A DNA stretch of 47,964 nucleotides from Barthelona sp. PAP020 (taxonomy: Eukaryota), in contig JARQWU010000049.1 in assembly GCA_040182905.1 (NCBI GenBank), positions 1-47,964 on the forward strand, in the 5' to 3' direction. Under the pieces are notes generated by a model. It worked only from the letters and a program-made list of their open reading frames with translations. It ran no database searches and had not been told where the DNA came from. This document shows positions 10,592 to 21,800 of this stretch, in pieces (within the stretch, counting starts at the first letter, position 1; every line of letters starts with the position of its first letter). The position numbers were made by a program, and so were the translations under genes.

Positions 10592-12109
10592 ATGAAAAAA
10601 GCAAAACTATCAACGCAAAATGCCCACAATATTAAAATTCCCTTACCTTATTACACAAAGAATCAACCCAAAGCAATTAATAACAGCCGCAAAAAAGAAA
10701 ATGACAATGTGGATTCCAAATTTAGTGACCTCAATACTGCAAGACGATTAGAAATGTTATTGGGTGATTCCACATTAAATTTTAGTGAACAAACGAAGCT
10801 TTCCACTGATCAACTTTCTTTAATGATGAATATTTTATCGGAAAGAACAAGAATGTTAACTTTGATGTTTGAAAATAAATTGAAGATACAACACAATTTA
10901 TTTTATACTCATGTTGAATCCGAACGATTTGAGCATGTACGTATAGTTAAAGAGTTGAATGACAAGTTCTTAGCTCAATTAAAGAAATTTAAAACCAGAC
11001 AAGCGGAATTATCTGTTGAACGAGATCATGCTCAAAAAGTTGCTCAAAGGTTGTTGGCAGATCTCTGGAAAGAAAGGGCTGTTACAAAGAAGTTGGTTCA
11101 CCAAAAATTAGCCTCTGATGAAACAGCAAAAAGAGAAGAAATAAATAGAATGAAAGCTCAATCTAACACATTAACAAAACATGAAGCTGCAACTCTTCGA
11201 GAACAGAGTAGACAAACTCAACTTTTATGTGTAAGACAGAACAATATAATTGAAAAATTAAAAATTGAAAATGCCAAAAGAGCCAATATTATTGAAGGTA
11301 TGGAAAAGAAATTGAATCATTTGCGTTCTGAGCATCATAAAGTATTATCTAAGCAACCCAGGCATCTAACTGGTTCTCCAGATCAACCTTCTCCACCAAC
11401 ATCCGCTCATTCTAATTTTAGGAGACCAGGTTCTGTTAGAATTGGTACATCAAATCAAGATTCGTTTTTAGATGAACTTTCTTTGCCTGCTTTAGATTTT
11501 GATGAACTAGAAAATGATTTAGAGAAAGGCAATGATATTGAATCTGATGATTCTTTTGAAGAAATTGAGCCACCGACGCCTGATCCAGAATTTGTTGAAA
11601 CTCAAGTGAAAGAAATGTTGCCTGATTTGGTAAAAACTTCGCAAAAAGCAGTAGCAATGTTGATGTCCAAGGAGGAAGGTCGAAAATTGGGTTATAACCT
11701 TAAAAGTGCAATTCATGCATCCTTAAGCATTCATAGTGGTTGTGTCATTGACTTAAGTTGTCCCAATTGTTTTAATCCTTTGGTTGATGCTCATATTATC
11801 ATTTTATGTGGACATTCCATTTGTGGTGATTGTTTGAATCAGTTCCTTTCTGAAGGAAAACATGAAGTTCCTTGTCCTGAATGTGGTTTATTTTTTGATA
11901 TTGAGACTGAAACAATACCAAATATTGTTGTTTCGAATTTATCTCAAAGAATTAGTGCCTTAAATACAACTGTGGATTCAAAAATTCTCGATGAATTGAG
12001 TGCTTTTGGTGATGTGTTAGAAAATGCCATTAAGGATTATTTATTGCATGAAATTGATAAAAGTCAAGCCAATATCGAAGAGGAAATCAGTGATGATGAG
12101 AATGTATAA
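10592..12109 (+). CDS. Coiled-coil protein with C-terminal C3HC4 RING finger (putative E3 ligase)
   Basis: CPNC...LCGHSICGDC...CPEC RING, preceded by a long coiled coil and an acidic linker. Confidence 0.85.
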   Translation: MKKAKLSTQNAHNIKIPLPYYTKNQPKAINNSRKKENDNVDSKFSDLNTARRLEMLLGDSTLNFSEQTKLSTDQLSLMMNILSERTRMLTLMFENKLKIQHNLFYTHVESERFEHVRIVKELNDKFLAQLKKFKTRQAELSVERDHAQKVAQRLLADLWKERAVTKKLVHQKLASDETAKREEINRMKAQSNTLTKHEAATLREQSRQTQLLCVRQNNIIEKLKIENAKRANIIEGMEKKLNHLRSEHHKVLSKQPRHLTGSPDQPSPPTSAHSNFRRPGSVRIGTSNQDSFLDELSLPALDFDELENDLEKGNDIESDDSFEEIEPPTPDPEFVETQVKEMLPDLVKTSQKAVAMLMSKEEGRKLGYNLKSAIHASLSIHSGCVIDLSCPNCFNPLVDAHIIILCGHSICGDCLNQFLSEGKHEVPCPECGLFFDIETETIPNIVVSNLSQRISALNTTVDSKILDELSAFGDVLENAIKDYLLHEIDKSQANIEEEISDDENV

Positions 12110-12145
12110 AATGTAACATTTATGAAATTTTTTTTCTTCTTATGA

Positions 12146-13975
12146 ATGGAATTCACAAGTATTATTGCTGATGTTGAAAGTCAAATTACAGAGACAAAAG
12201 AATTTGATACAAAATATTGTCAAAAATTAAGAAATTATCTTAAAACATCACTTAATTCAAATAATTATCCATCAAGTCATGATTTTTTAAGAATATTTGA
12301 ATTTTTTAAGACATTTGAGAGTTTTAGATCTGAATTAGGAGTGATTCTTAAATTAATTTTGGATGAATGGTATCTGATAAAAAATAAGAAAAATAGATTT
12401 ATATTGGAAGTATCTGAAAAATTATTATTTATTCAGAATGAAATTGATTTGGGAGAAGTTGAAAAGTCTGATTTTTTTGAAACTGTTCTTTCTGTTGATT
12501 TACATTCCAGTTCTTATATCATTTATACAATACTTGATCTTATCAGTTCATATATAAAATTATTTGAAATATCAATTGAATCATATATCAATTCTTTTCA
12601 AATCATCATCAGTCAATTGTCTAAATGGTTGAATGCTTTTGATCATCATCCAATGTTGGCTGTTGGATATTTAGAAACTTTTTGTTTATGTATTAAAGAT
12701 CGTAATTTTATTCAATTATTTGTTTTGAATGAATGTTTTGAGAAGATCGTGAGTCAATTACTTTCAATTGGATGGATGAATGATGGATATGATTTAAGAC
12801 AGTGTCTAAATACATTAATTCAATTGAGCGAATATGATTTCATTGTGAATCATTGTTTAAGTGAAGAAAATCTTGATAGATTATTTGAATTATATGAAAA
12901 ATTGGTAAAGATATTTGTAGATGGGAAATCTGATAAACAAGAAAAACTTGATGCCACTATTCTTTTGTTTCACAGATTGATTGGAAGAGTATTCCAAACA
13001 GAAGAACGATTAAACTTGTTGTTTGATTATCTATTGTCTATTTTGATGGAATCTCTTGCAAGTGATCAATTAAAGATTGAAACGTTGAGATTGGCTGGAT
13101 CTTGTTTGGCTAAGATAAATTTTGATAAGATTACCAATTCAAATTTGATAACATTTTTAGTAAGTAGACTGTTAGATAATGATATGACTTTATTAGAAAA
13201 AGAAATATTCAATTTTTTAGTAAAGTTTGTAGAATTTCCTCATTCAATAGATATTTTTTATCTTTCCTTTGACCTTATTATTCAATCAATAATTTTTTGG
13301 ACAATCAATGATCAAACTGGAAGAATTTGCATTCCAGATGAAAAACAATTTCTTCACGCAGTTGCCATTATTTCAAAATTTTTTTTAATTCATGGCAAAA
13401 CATTTAAGCCCAATTCATCAAATCTTCAATATTTAGATATTGTCAAAGCTTTCTTTATGGGATATGAATCTTGTAAAAATGAGAAAATCAATAAATTGGA
13501 AAAAAGAATTACCCTAAACACTTGCTGTTCCATTCTTTGGTTTTCTCTCTTTTTCACTTTTTTAACTCCTAAAAAAGATGAAAATTATTCTAAACCAATT
13601 ATTGTTGCATTTGAAAATATTTTTTCAAAGACGGAAGATCCTTTATTGAAAGCTTTGATCAATTTGCATCTATTCTTATTTTATGGTTATAAACTTCAGA
13701 TTGAATTATTTGGTTTTTGGATGGATGGTTTTTTTCAAGGACAATTTATTGATTTGATGAAATACTTTAACATTCATATTTTTAATTTGGTTGATTTAAA
13801 AGAAGAAAATAGTTCATTAACAAAAGCTTTTGAAAGTGTTAATAAACAGTTGGAAATTACCCAACAACATTTAAAATCTTCCAAAAACGATCTTGCTAAA
13901 AAAGATACAGATTTTAAAGATGCCTGCATTTTGTTGCATCGTGCCTATAACAAATTAAAAGGAAATATTGATTAA
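12146..13975 (+). CDS. Hypothetical alpha-solenoid (ARM/HEAT-like) protein with short C-terminal coiled coil
   Basis: 609-aa ORF with a Leu/Ile/Phe-rich helical pattern. A weak resemblance to the Uso1/p115 layout is speculative. Confidence 0.7.
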   Translation: MEFTSIIADVESQITETKEFDTKYCQKLRNYLKTSLNSNNYPSSHDFLRIFEFFKTFESFRSELGVILKLILDEWYLIKNKKNRFILEVSEKLLFIQNEIDLGEVEKSDFFETVLSVDLHSSSYIIYTILDLISSYIKLFEISIESYINSFQIIISQLSKWLNAFDHHPMLAVGYLETFCLCIKDRNFIQLFVLNECFEKIVSQLLSIGWMNDGYDLRQCLNTLIQLSEYDFIVNHCLSEENLDRLFELYEKLVKIFVDGKSDKQEKLDATILLFHRLIGRVFQTEERLNLLFDYLLSILMESLASDQLKIETLRLAGSCLAKINFDKITNSNLITFLVSRLLDNDMTLLEKEIFNFLVKFVEFPHSIDIFYLSFDLIIQSIIFWTINDQTGRICIPDEKQFLHAVAIISKFFLIHGKTFKPNSSNLQYLDIVKAFFMGYESCKNEKINKLEKRITLNTCCSILWFSLFFTFLTPKKDENYSKPIIVAFENIFSKTEDPLLKALINLHLFLFYGYKLQIELFGFWMDGFFQGQFIDLMKYFNIHIFNLVDLKEENSSLTKAFESVNKQLEITQQHLKSSKNDLAKKDTDFKDACILLHRAYNKLKGNID

Positions 13976-14346
13976 TTTATCTAATTTTTTCAAAAAATTA
14001 TTCATTGTTCATGTAAATTATTTAATTTTGTTTTTCAAGTGGGTTTACTCTCTCATAAAAAATTATTCCAATGATTGAGCAAATTTTGACGCATTTGCTT
14101 CGTTTCTTCCTTTATTGTCCTTTTTAATGAGATTGTTTTAGAAGCAAAATTTTTTGTTGGCCCAGAAAGTCAAAAGAAAACAGAGAATCCTTTTTCGTCC
14201 AATTTTAATCACCCAAAAGGTGAAAGGGGCTAATTTAGTCCTGTAAACCATATAAAGAGTTGGAAAAAGTTGTGAGCAAATTGTTTTATTTTCCTTTAAT
14301 GCAAAATTCAGAAAAAGAAATATTTTGCTTTTCTTCACAAGTTAAT

Positions 14347-14900
14347 CCAAACAATACACCATTCCTTTTATTCCCTCAAATTCACAGCACTTCGTGTCTG
14401 TAAATAAATACGAAACATACTTTCCCTTTTCTGCTTTATTGAACAAAATCATGTGACAAATATTTTGCTGTAATTGAAAGAGAAACAGGTCAATTGTTGC
14501 AGAAAGTGTGCATGTCTTTTAGTATTGGTGTTATGGCTCTCAACCATGATGGAACTCGTTTGTTGTGTGGTGGTTTCTTTGATGGGCATGATGCCCCAAT
14601 CCAAGAATTCATTGCCGCAGACCTGTAAAACTGCGCGTTATAATTTGCACTTATATCCCATAATTGCATGTTTCACCTCGTTACTGAGGTTTCCAACTTG
14701 TAAATTTAATACACTTTTCATTACATCATTTAATTCATTTTCACACTGTTCTTCAACCGCAAAAGGCACTACATACCCCTATAACAACATAAACAACCCA
14801 TCAACCCAACAGAACCAAAACAATTGAACAATTTGAGATTTTCAAGGAGCCAAACTTTTATCCTGTTGTTTTTGTTAGGTTTTTCCCATTTGAACAAACA
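14347..14900 (+). repeat. Internally deleted third copy of the kinase-WD40 cassette (5' module + last WD40 blade + 3' module)
   Basis: 14347-14398 resembles 38400-38451 and 41102-41152. 14449-14628 resembles the ends of both WD40 genes. 14629-~14900 resembles 40286-~40560 and 43655-~43870 (e.g. caacttgtaaatttaa.acac.ttttcatt, ctgttcttcaacc, atttgaga..ttcaag). Confidence 0.85.
14449..14628 (+). pseudogene. WD40-family 3' remnant
   Basis: Translates SCDKYFAVIERETGQLLQKVCMSFSIGVMALNHDGTRLLCGGFFDGHDAPIQEFIAADL*, paralogous to the C-termini at 40285 and 43654; no upstream coding part. Confidence 0.88.
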
Positions 14901-15137
14901 CGAGTCTATTTGTATCATTGGGGTGACTGTGTTAAAAACTTTAGTATTTATTAAAAAGAAAGAAAATGAAATGAATCACCAAACAATGAAAAGAAGAAAA
15001 GCCTGAATAATTTATAAAAGAAACATAATTTTCTCTTCAAATCAAGCAATTTTTATGAAATAGACTAAAAATACAAATGCCAAAAAAATAATAATAATGA
15101 TCTAAAGATTACTTAAGTGTGGTCAGTAAAAATAAAA

Positions 15138-17159
15138 TTATGCTTCACCAATTTTTAAACTTAAATGTTTTAAAACTTTTTCATCAAAACTGAGGATATC
15201 TTCTGTTAAGGCATTAACTAAACTGTTATTTAATCTGAAATTATAATTTAATTGTCTCTTGGAAGCAATAACACCCTCCAAAATTTCAGTCATCTTCAAT
15301 AATTTGAAAATATTTAAACAACCGTTTTTCATGGTTGGATTACCATCATGCAAAAAGGTTAAATCTTGTAAAACCAAACCAATGTGAGGAATAAATGTTT
15401 GTTTTGAAGTTGCCACTTGAGAAACCAAATTTCGATAGAATTTTGAGTTTTCTTTAAAAGAACAAAGTTCTTTCAATTTTTGTTCCATATTTTTCTTATT
15501 TGTTGATAAGCTATTGAAAACATCTTTAAATTTTGAAACAGCATATCCAGATAATCCACCATAAACAGCCATTGCGCCATAAAAATTATAATAGGATGCC
15601 AAAAGAGTAGCAACTTTTAAAAAATGACTGACAATTGCTTTTCTTCTTTTGAATTGAAATTCTGTTAAAACGTTAGTAACTACCCAATTGGTAACCAAAT
15701 TGCTTCTTTCTAAAAATTCTATCAAACCTGGTGATAATCTCTCCATATGGTTACTGTGCACAACATATGCCACAATCTCTCTCAAAGGAATATCACTCCA
15801 TTTTTTTTGATCAATCATACACAAATGTTCGCTCAAAATATGCTCATTAATCTCATCAACAACTAGTTTTGATGTTGAAAAATCCATAGCTAACACTTGA
15901 GAATCATCAAAAGTTACTGTGCTATTAGACTCATTTATTCTGCTGTTTTCATTTTGTTGTTCATTAATTTCTTCTTCTTCGAAATTAAACAAAGAAACAC
16001 CATTAACTTTTGATTTTGTGGATAAAACTACTGGATTTCCAAAAATTCCCATGTTTGTTGCTGATGTAGAATTATTATTATCGTCTAAATGTGCAACTTG
16101 TCGAAGTAAAGTCGCCATCCCATCAAAATTGATTTCTTCAAAGTCTTTGATTAAATCATAAATATATGGTTCAGCTTCAGGTTCCAGAAAGTCTTTGGGA
16201 GCCATCACAATCCATTTTGATAAAAACGTCACAACAGCTTTTTGAATAGGCTTGATAACTTCTTTATCATAAGAATAAGCATCAATACAATTCAAAGGAA
16301 TATTAATTCTCAGCCTAATATGCAGAATATGCAAAAGGTCTGGAACCGAAAACAATAGAAACCTCAACTTTAAAACCATTTCCAATATATCTAAAGGAGC
16401 ATTTGCCCCAGTTATCACTTCAAAGAGCTTTAAAGGTGACATGTAAATGAAAGGACTGTTTATTTCACCAATACGGAAATAATGATCATTACTCGTCAAG
16501 ACATCTGAAGAAGGAAATTCAATCAGATTCGTAAATGTTAGTTGTTGGCATTCTTTGAACATATATTCTCTGTAATGAACAGGCGCTGAGGAATCAAATG
16601 AAAATACGGGTTCTTTCATATCAGGCATTTCTAAATCATCAAATTCCATAGAACTCATTTTTAAAATAGAATCTCTCAGCTTTGAATCAGTTTTGAAATG
16701 ATTTAATCCTTTATTAATGGGTTTATTTTCATTATTGATGACATTTCTATGAATAACAGGTTTTAAATTTTTTCTAAGGTCAATATATTCAATATCTTTC
16801 CCAATAATTAAACTAGTTTGCCCAAATTTTGGTAAATGTTTTTCTTGTATTGCATAAAGACGATTTTCAAGTTGATTCACATCCAAAAATTGCTCAAAAT
16901 CATAGGAATTCTGGTTTTCAAAAGATAACAATGTATTTTGTTCCTCAATAATTTTTTTTGATCTGTATAAAAAAGATTCTGAGGGTCTTGGTAGAATTAA
17001 TCGTTCTTTCAGCTGTGTTAATTCACTACTGACTATTTTATATTCATTTTCAAGCATTTCATTTTGTTTTTTCAGAACTTTGATTCTTTCTTTTTTAACG
17101 TTCAATTCTTTTTTAATCGATTCATATTGTTCAAGTATTCTCTTTTTTGAATTTGTCAT
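15138..17159 (-). CDS. Ras guanine-nucleotide exchange factor (REM + CDC25 domains, N-terminal coiled coil)
   Basis: REM-like VVTFLSKWIVMAPKDF; CDC25 motifs NLVTNWVVTNVL, FLKVATLLASYYNFYGAMAVYGGL and FIPHIGLVLQDLTFLHDGNP. First ATG is at 17159. Confidence 0.9.
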   Translation of the reverse strand: MTNSKKRILEQYESIKKELNVKKERIKVLKKQNEMLENEYKIVSSELTQLKERLILPRPSESFLYRSKKIIEEQNTLLSFENQNSYDFEQFLDVNQLENRLYAIQEKHLPKFGQTSLIIGKDIEYIDLRKNLKPVIHRNVINNENKPINKGLNHFKTDSKLRDSILKMSSMEFDDLEMPDMKEPVFSFDSSAPVHYREYMFKECQQLTFTNLIEFPSSDVLTSNDHYFRIGEINSPFIYMSPLKLFEVITGANAPLDILEMVLKLRFLLFSVPDLLHILHIRLRINIPLNCIDAYSYDKEVIKPIQKAVVTFLSKWIVMAPKDFLEPEAEPYIYDLIKDFEEINFDGMATLLRQVAHLDDNNNSTSATNMGIFGNPVVLSTKSKVNGVSLFNFEEEEINEQQNENSRINESNSTVTFDDSQVLAMDFSTSKLVVDEINEHILSEHLCMIDQKKWSDIPLREIVAYVVHSNHMERLSPGLIEFLERSNLVTNWVVTNVLTEFQFKRRKAIVSHFLKVATLLASYYNFYGAMAVYGGLSGYAVSKFKDVFNSLSTNKKNMEQKLKELCSFKENSKFYRNLVSQVATSKQTFIPHIGLVLQDLTFLHDGNPTMKNGCLNIFKLLKMTEILEGVIASKRQLNYNFRLNNSLVNALTEDILSFDEKVLKHLSLKIGEA

Positions 17160-17229
17160 TTCTTCAACTATTTTCAAATTAAACAATGGAAAAGAATTTC
17201 AACATTTACAAATTTTACGAAAGACTTGA

Positions 17230-18012
17230 ATGAATTCAGTATTGTTTCTTGGTTTAAGTGAAGTCTATATTTCCAAGTTCCAAAAATTTAAACAATTGCA
17301 ATTTGTAGAGGAAGAAAAATCGTTCAAGTATCATATTGATACAAAATATGATATTGCTGATGTATTTATTCAATTTATTAATGAGATTGGTGGAGATTTT
17401 GAACAAAAAGACTGGGATTCATTTGAAGGAATTTTTCTGTCCCCACAACATGTCACAGATAAAATTTTGTCTTTTTTTGAAGAAAAAAATCCAAAAATAT
17501 TTGGAATTATTGGAAATGTTCATTATTCCGATCTTCCATTTGAAAATTATGTTGAAATTATAAAAAGTAATGATATTTACAGAATTTTTGAAATTTTTGA
17601 CAATCATATTTGGCCCTATTGTGAGATAAAACCACATCCTGTTTCTTTGGGAAAAAATGACAGACCTATTCTTTCATTACATCGAGACTATGATGTTCTT
17701 TTAGGTTCAAGTGATCCATCAACAACCAACAAAAAAAGTGTTGATTTCTTCGATTTTGAAGGTGATTTTCCCAATAAAGACAAAAATGATAAAGATCCAA
17801 GTTTTTCAATGGATGATGAAGACTTTTTTGAGCAATATTTCAGTATGCTGGAAAAATTGCCGGCGATGAGAAATTCATTAAAAAATTTACCAGATACAGA
17901 GAGAGAAAAACAAGCTAGAGATTTTGTCACAAGTATTTTCCCAGATTTTGATTTAAATGATTTGGAAGATCAAATATGCAATGATGATTCTTTGGATTTC
18001 TTCGAAACATAG
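17230..18012 (+). CDS. AAGAB: Alpha- and gamma-adaptin-binding protein p34 (AAGAB/Irc6)
   Basis: HIDTKYDIADV (cf. IDNKYYSADI), RIFEIFDNHIWP (cf. RIVQALNANVWS), FEQYFSMLEKLPAMRNSLKNLPDTEREKQARDF (cf. [29 protein letters not shown]). Confidence 0.75.
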   Translation: MNSVLFLGLSEVYISKFQKFKQLQFVEEEKSFKYHIDTKYDIADVFIQFINEIGGDFEQKDWDSFEGIFLSPQHVTDKILSFFEEKNPKIFGIIGNVHYSDLPFENYVEIIKSNDIYRIFEIFDNHIWPYCEIKPHPVSLGKNDRPILSLHRDYDVLLGSSDPSTTNKKSVDFFDFEGDFPNKDKNDKDPSFSMDDEDFFEQYFSMLEKLPAMRNSLKNLPDTEREKQARDFVTSIFPDFDLNDLEDQICNDDSLDFFET

Positions 18013-18192
18013 CGTTTTTTTATGTAAATATTAATGTATTGTATTTTTTGTTTATGTTTTTGAAAGTGAAAAGGAAATAGTGATGCAAGTTGACCTTGTA
18101 CGATGTAAATTTATATTTTTAAACCAATAAAATTGTATTTTTCATTCTTTTGTTGTTTTGACAAAGAGAAAAAAAAAATTTTATCATTAAAA

Positions 18193-18517
18193 ATGGACCC
18201 TAATTATATTAAAAAACAACAGGAGCAACAGTTTGTTATTATGTTTTAAATTAAATCTCATATTTAGTCAAAAAAGACAACAAGAAGAAGAATTTCGTCA
18301 TCAAGCCATGATGTCATTGCTTAAACCAGAAGCTATCGAACGCTTATCAAGAGTTAGAATGGTTAATCCCGAATTGACAGCCAGAGTAGAAAACGAATTG
18401 ATTGGTAAAGCCAGAAGTGGTAGAATCACGAATCCTTTGTCGGATGAAGAATTGCGTCGAATTTTGGAAGAAAAAAGTGATTCAAACAAATCAACAGTTA
18501 CTTTTATCAGAAGATAA
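18193..18517 (+). CDS. PDCD5: Programmed cell death protein 5 / dsDNA-binding protein, 2 exons (18193-18230, 18268-18517)
   Basis: Spliced product MDPNYIKKQQEQHQKRQQEEEFRHQAMMSLLKPEAIERLSRVRMVNPELTARVENELIGKARSGRITNPLSDEELRRILEE...TVTFIRR matches the PDCD5 pattern. Confidence 0.92.
18231..18267 (+). other. 37-nt spliceosomal intron in PDCD5
   Basis: GTTTGT...CTCATATTTAG; removing it joins ATG 18193 in frame to the conserved PDCD5 body. Confidence 0.85.
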
Positions 18518-18843
18518 CAAGAAATGAAGGTATTAAAAATGAGTTTGATTTGCGGGTATTTTTTTCTATTTATCTAATACAATAAATATTGTTTATTTTT
18601 ATTTTTCTTTTTGAAAAAGAATCTATTGAAATGCTTTGAAGAAAAATGCCAGAAGTTGAGAAAGAAAGAACTCCAAACTGCAATAAACCAACAGTTTTCA
18701 AAATATTTACATATTTTTACAGTTTAAGCATATTCAAATGTCTCAAAAGATTTGATTGCAAAATGCAAAGAAGAAAAAAAAAATTTCTTGCAGGCAATAA
18801 GTTAACCTTATTTGTTTTGTTTTGTTTAATGTAACATGTTTTT

Positions 18844-21800
18844 ATGTTACTTGAAAATATAGATAATAATGAAAATAACCTGAATGATCAGAAGAGAAAA
18901 TTGGTGTTTGAGTTGCCTCCAATTATTGAACCAAGAAATTATCAATATGATATTGCAAAAACATGTATAAGTTTCAATACATTAGTTGTTTTACCAACTG
19001 GTTTGGGTAAAACATTGATTGCCACGATGGTTTTATATAACTATTTCATTTGGTTCGAGAATAAAAAATGCATATTTATTGCACCTACTTTACCATTATT
19101 AAGGCAACAAATTGAGTCAATATTGACAAAATACAATTTCCCCTCTTATGAAGTGTGTGAATTGACTGGTACCGTTCCTCGAAAACGAAGATTAAAATTG
19201 TTTAATTCTTCAAGATTAATTTTTGCCACCGCGCAAACATTAGAGAGTGATATTTTGACATATTCATTGGATCTTTCTTCAATATCTCTTGTTATTTTGG
19301 ATGAAGCTCATTGGGCAAAAGGGGATCATGCGTATAGTAAAGTTATGGTTTTATTACATTCTAGAACAAAAAATGTACGTGTTATTGGACTCTCTGCATC
19401 ACCTGGATCGTTGAGTCAAATCCAACAGTTGATTGAAACATGTAAATTTCAAAAAATTGAGTTTCGTGTTGATTCTTCCACTGATGTGGCTGAATACATA
19501 TTTCGAAGACATCTTTGTTTGGTGCAATGTCAACCAAGTAGTATTTTACTTGAGCTTTCTGAATTATTCAATTGCTTGATAATTCAATGTGTTAAGGGGC
19601 TTATTGAGCGAGGATATATTTATGCACCTTCTTATTCGAATAGTGTCATTAGCTCAAAACGAACAAACCATGGATTATCCTTAGGACATTTGATTTCTGC
19701 GTTTAATTCATATCAAGCAGGAATGAAAAGAAAAATGACCGTTTTGAATGCATTGGAAAAGAAGAAACATTGGGAAACCGTGGAATCTTTTTCAATGGCC
19801 ATAAAATTAGGGCAATTGAGACAAAGATTACATGTTTTGGGCTTTGAATCAGCATTAGATGGGTGTTTAACCATTGCTAAGAATGTTAAGGAATCTTTAT
19901 TGAAAAACTTGATATTTAGAGGAAAGGAGTGGGATCAAATCTTAACAAAATTGTATGGAATTGTAAAAATTGATTCGGGAATGTTATCTCCTTCCTTAAA
20001 GAGTCCAAAATCTTTAGTTAGTCCCGGTTCACCCATTAATTTTGACTCTGATGACCTTCATCCTAAATTTAGAGAATTAAGTATTTTGCTTAACCATATT
20101 AGGGACAACGCTTTTGAAAAATTCAAACATCCAGTTGATCGAGTATTAATTTTTGCTTCTCAAAGACATGCAGCTCGAATTATATCTGCTTTTTGTCGCC
20201 AACATGGTTTGTCTTCTCGTGTTTTTTTGGGTATAGGACAAGATAAGTCAAACGGTGCTGCTTCACGCAGTCGTGCTCAACATATGGTATTTCAACAAAA
20301 ATTGTTGAATGAATTTGCCATGGGTGACTTTAAAGTGATGGTTGCAACTTCTGTTGGGGAAGAAGGAATTGACATTGCCAATGTTGATGTGATTATTTGT
20401 TTTGATGTGTCTTCATCACCATTGCAAATGATTCAACGTGTTGGTCGTTGTGGTAGAAATCGAACAGGCACTGTTCTATTTCTTGCGGATGAAGTATTGG
20501 AACGTTCTAAGTTTGCAGAAGCTCGAGGTCAACAAATGCGCATGTATGAATCATTAAAAGATACTCATAATCTTTCGTTGTCTGATGGTGGTGGAGATAT
20601 CGTTGTTGACGAAGATCGTAAAGCTGTTGAAGTGCCTTCCACATTTAATCCTTCGCAATTGAATAAAAGAGATAAATTTGTCAGTGATGAAGCTAATTAT
20701 GGTGTTGTTCCTATTTTTACCACTGAAGTTATGCAAGATACATCAACAATTGGATGGAAAATTATTGGAAATTGCAGATCTTATGTGGCTTCCGTTATGC
20801 ATCGTTTTGAAAGTGATTTTATCCATGAAAATAATATTGAAATGAACTCTGATGATGAGACACAGTGTGACACAATAAAAGATATGAATATCTCGAGTTT
20901 AATTGAGGCGAATACATCACGAGGAATCAAGGGTGGTTTATTAACACAAGAATCACACTGTGTGGATGATCAAATCTTTTCACTTTCCACTTCTGAGTCA
21001 CTAAAGAGTTCAATAGATAAAAGAAAGACTGATGACTCCAGCATAACATCGGCTAATTCACAAAATGATCGCACTGCGACCAACAAAACCAAAAGAAATA
21101 TGAATGAAAAGAAAACAATTCCAGTTGCTTTCTCAAAACCTGAAATTTTACATACCCAACGTAAATTGTTTGATGAACCAGCATCATTTACAAACACATT
21201 AATTGTTTCAAACAATGAACCTTCTTTTGCTATGTTAGGAAAGCAATCATTTGATCTAACCTTTGGAAAATCGATTGCTAACTTAAATTTCTTTAAGCGA
21301 AAAGCACCTTTTTTAATGGATGCAACAATTTCAAGAGTTGCCAAAAGAAATGAAAAAATTTTAGGAATTGCTACCAATGAAAAAACGGTATTAGCTCAAG
21401 TTGTTCTTCCCACCGACAGCACAAGTACAAATGAAGCTGGTATTATGGAGTCCAATTCCACAAACAATTTTTCACCAAATTCTAAACGGTCTACTGTTAA
21501 AGCATTACGCCAAGCTGTTATTGGTGGAGATGATACTGATTATCAGAAAAAATTAGGAAAGAAAGATGATAAATACATGTTTTCAAATATTTATAATAAG
21601 TCAAAGCATTCAAATTTGTTTCTGCCTAATAATTCTAAAAAGTTGCCCAAACAAACCCATTTTACGAATATACCCAATGCATCAAACTGTAAAGATGTTG
21701 TAAACAATAATAAAACTGGTAATTCTGATGAGATCATTATTTTTGCAGATATAAATCGACCAATTTTTAATAAAGTTAACTTTTCAAAGGAAAATCAATT

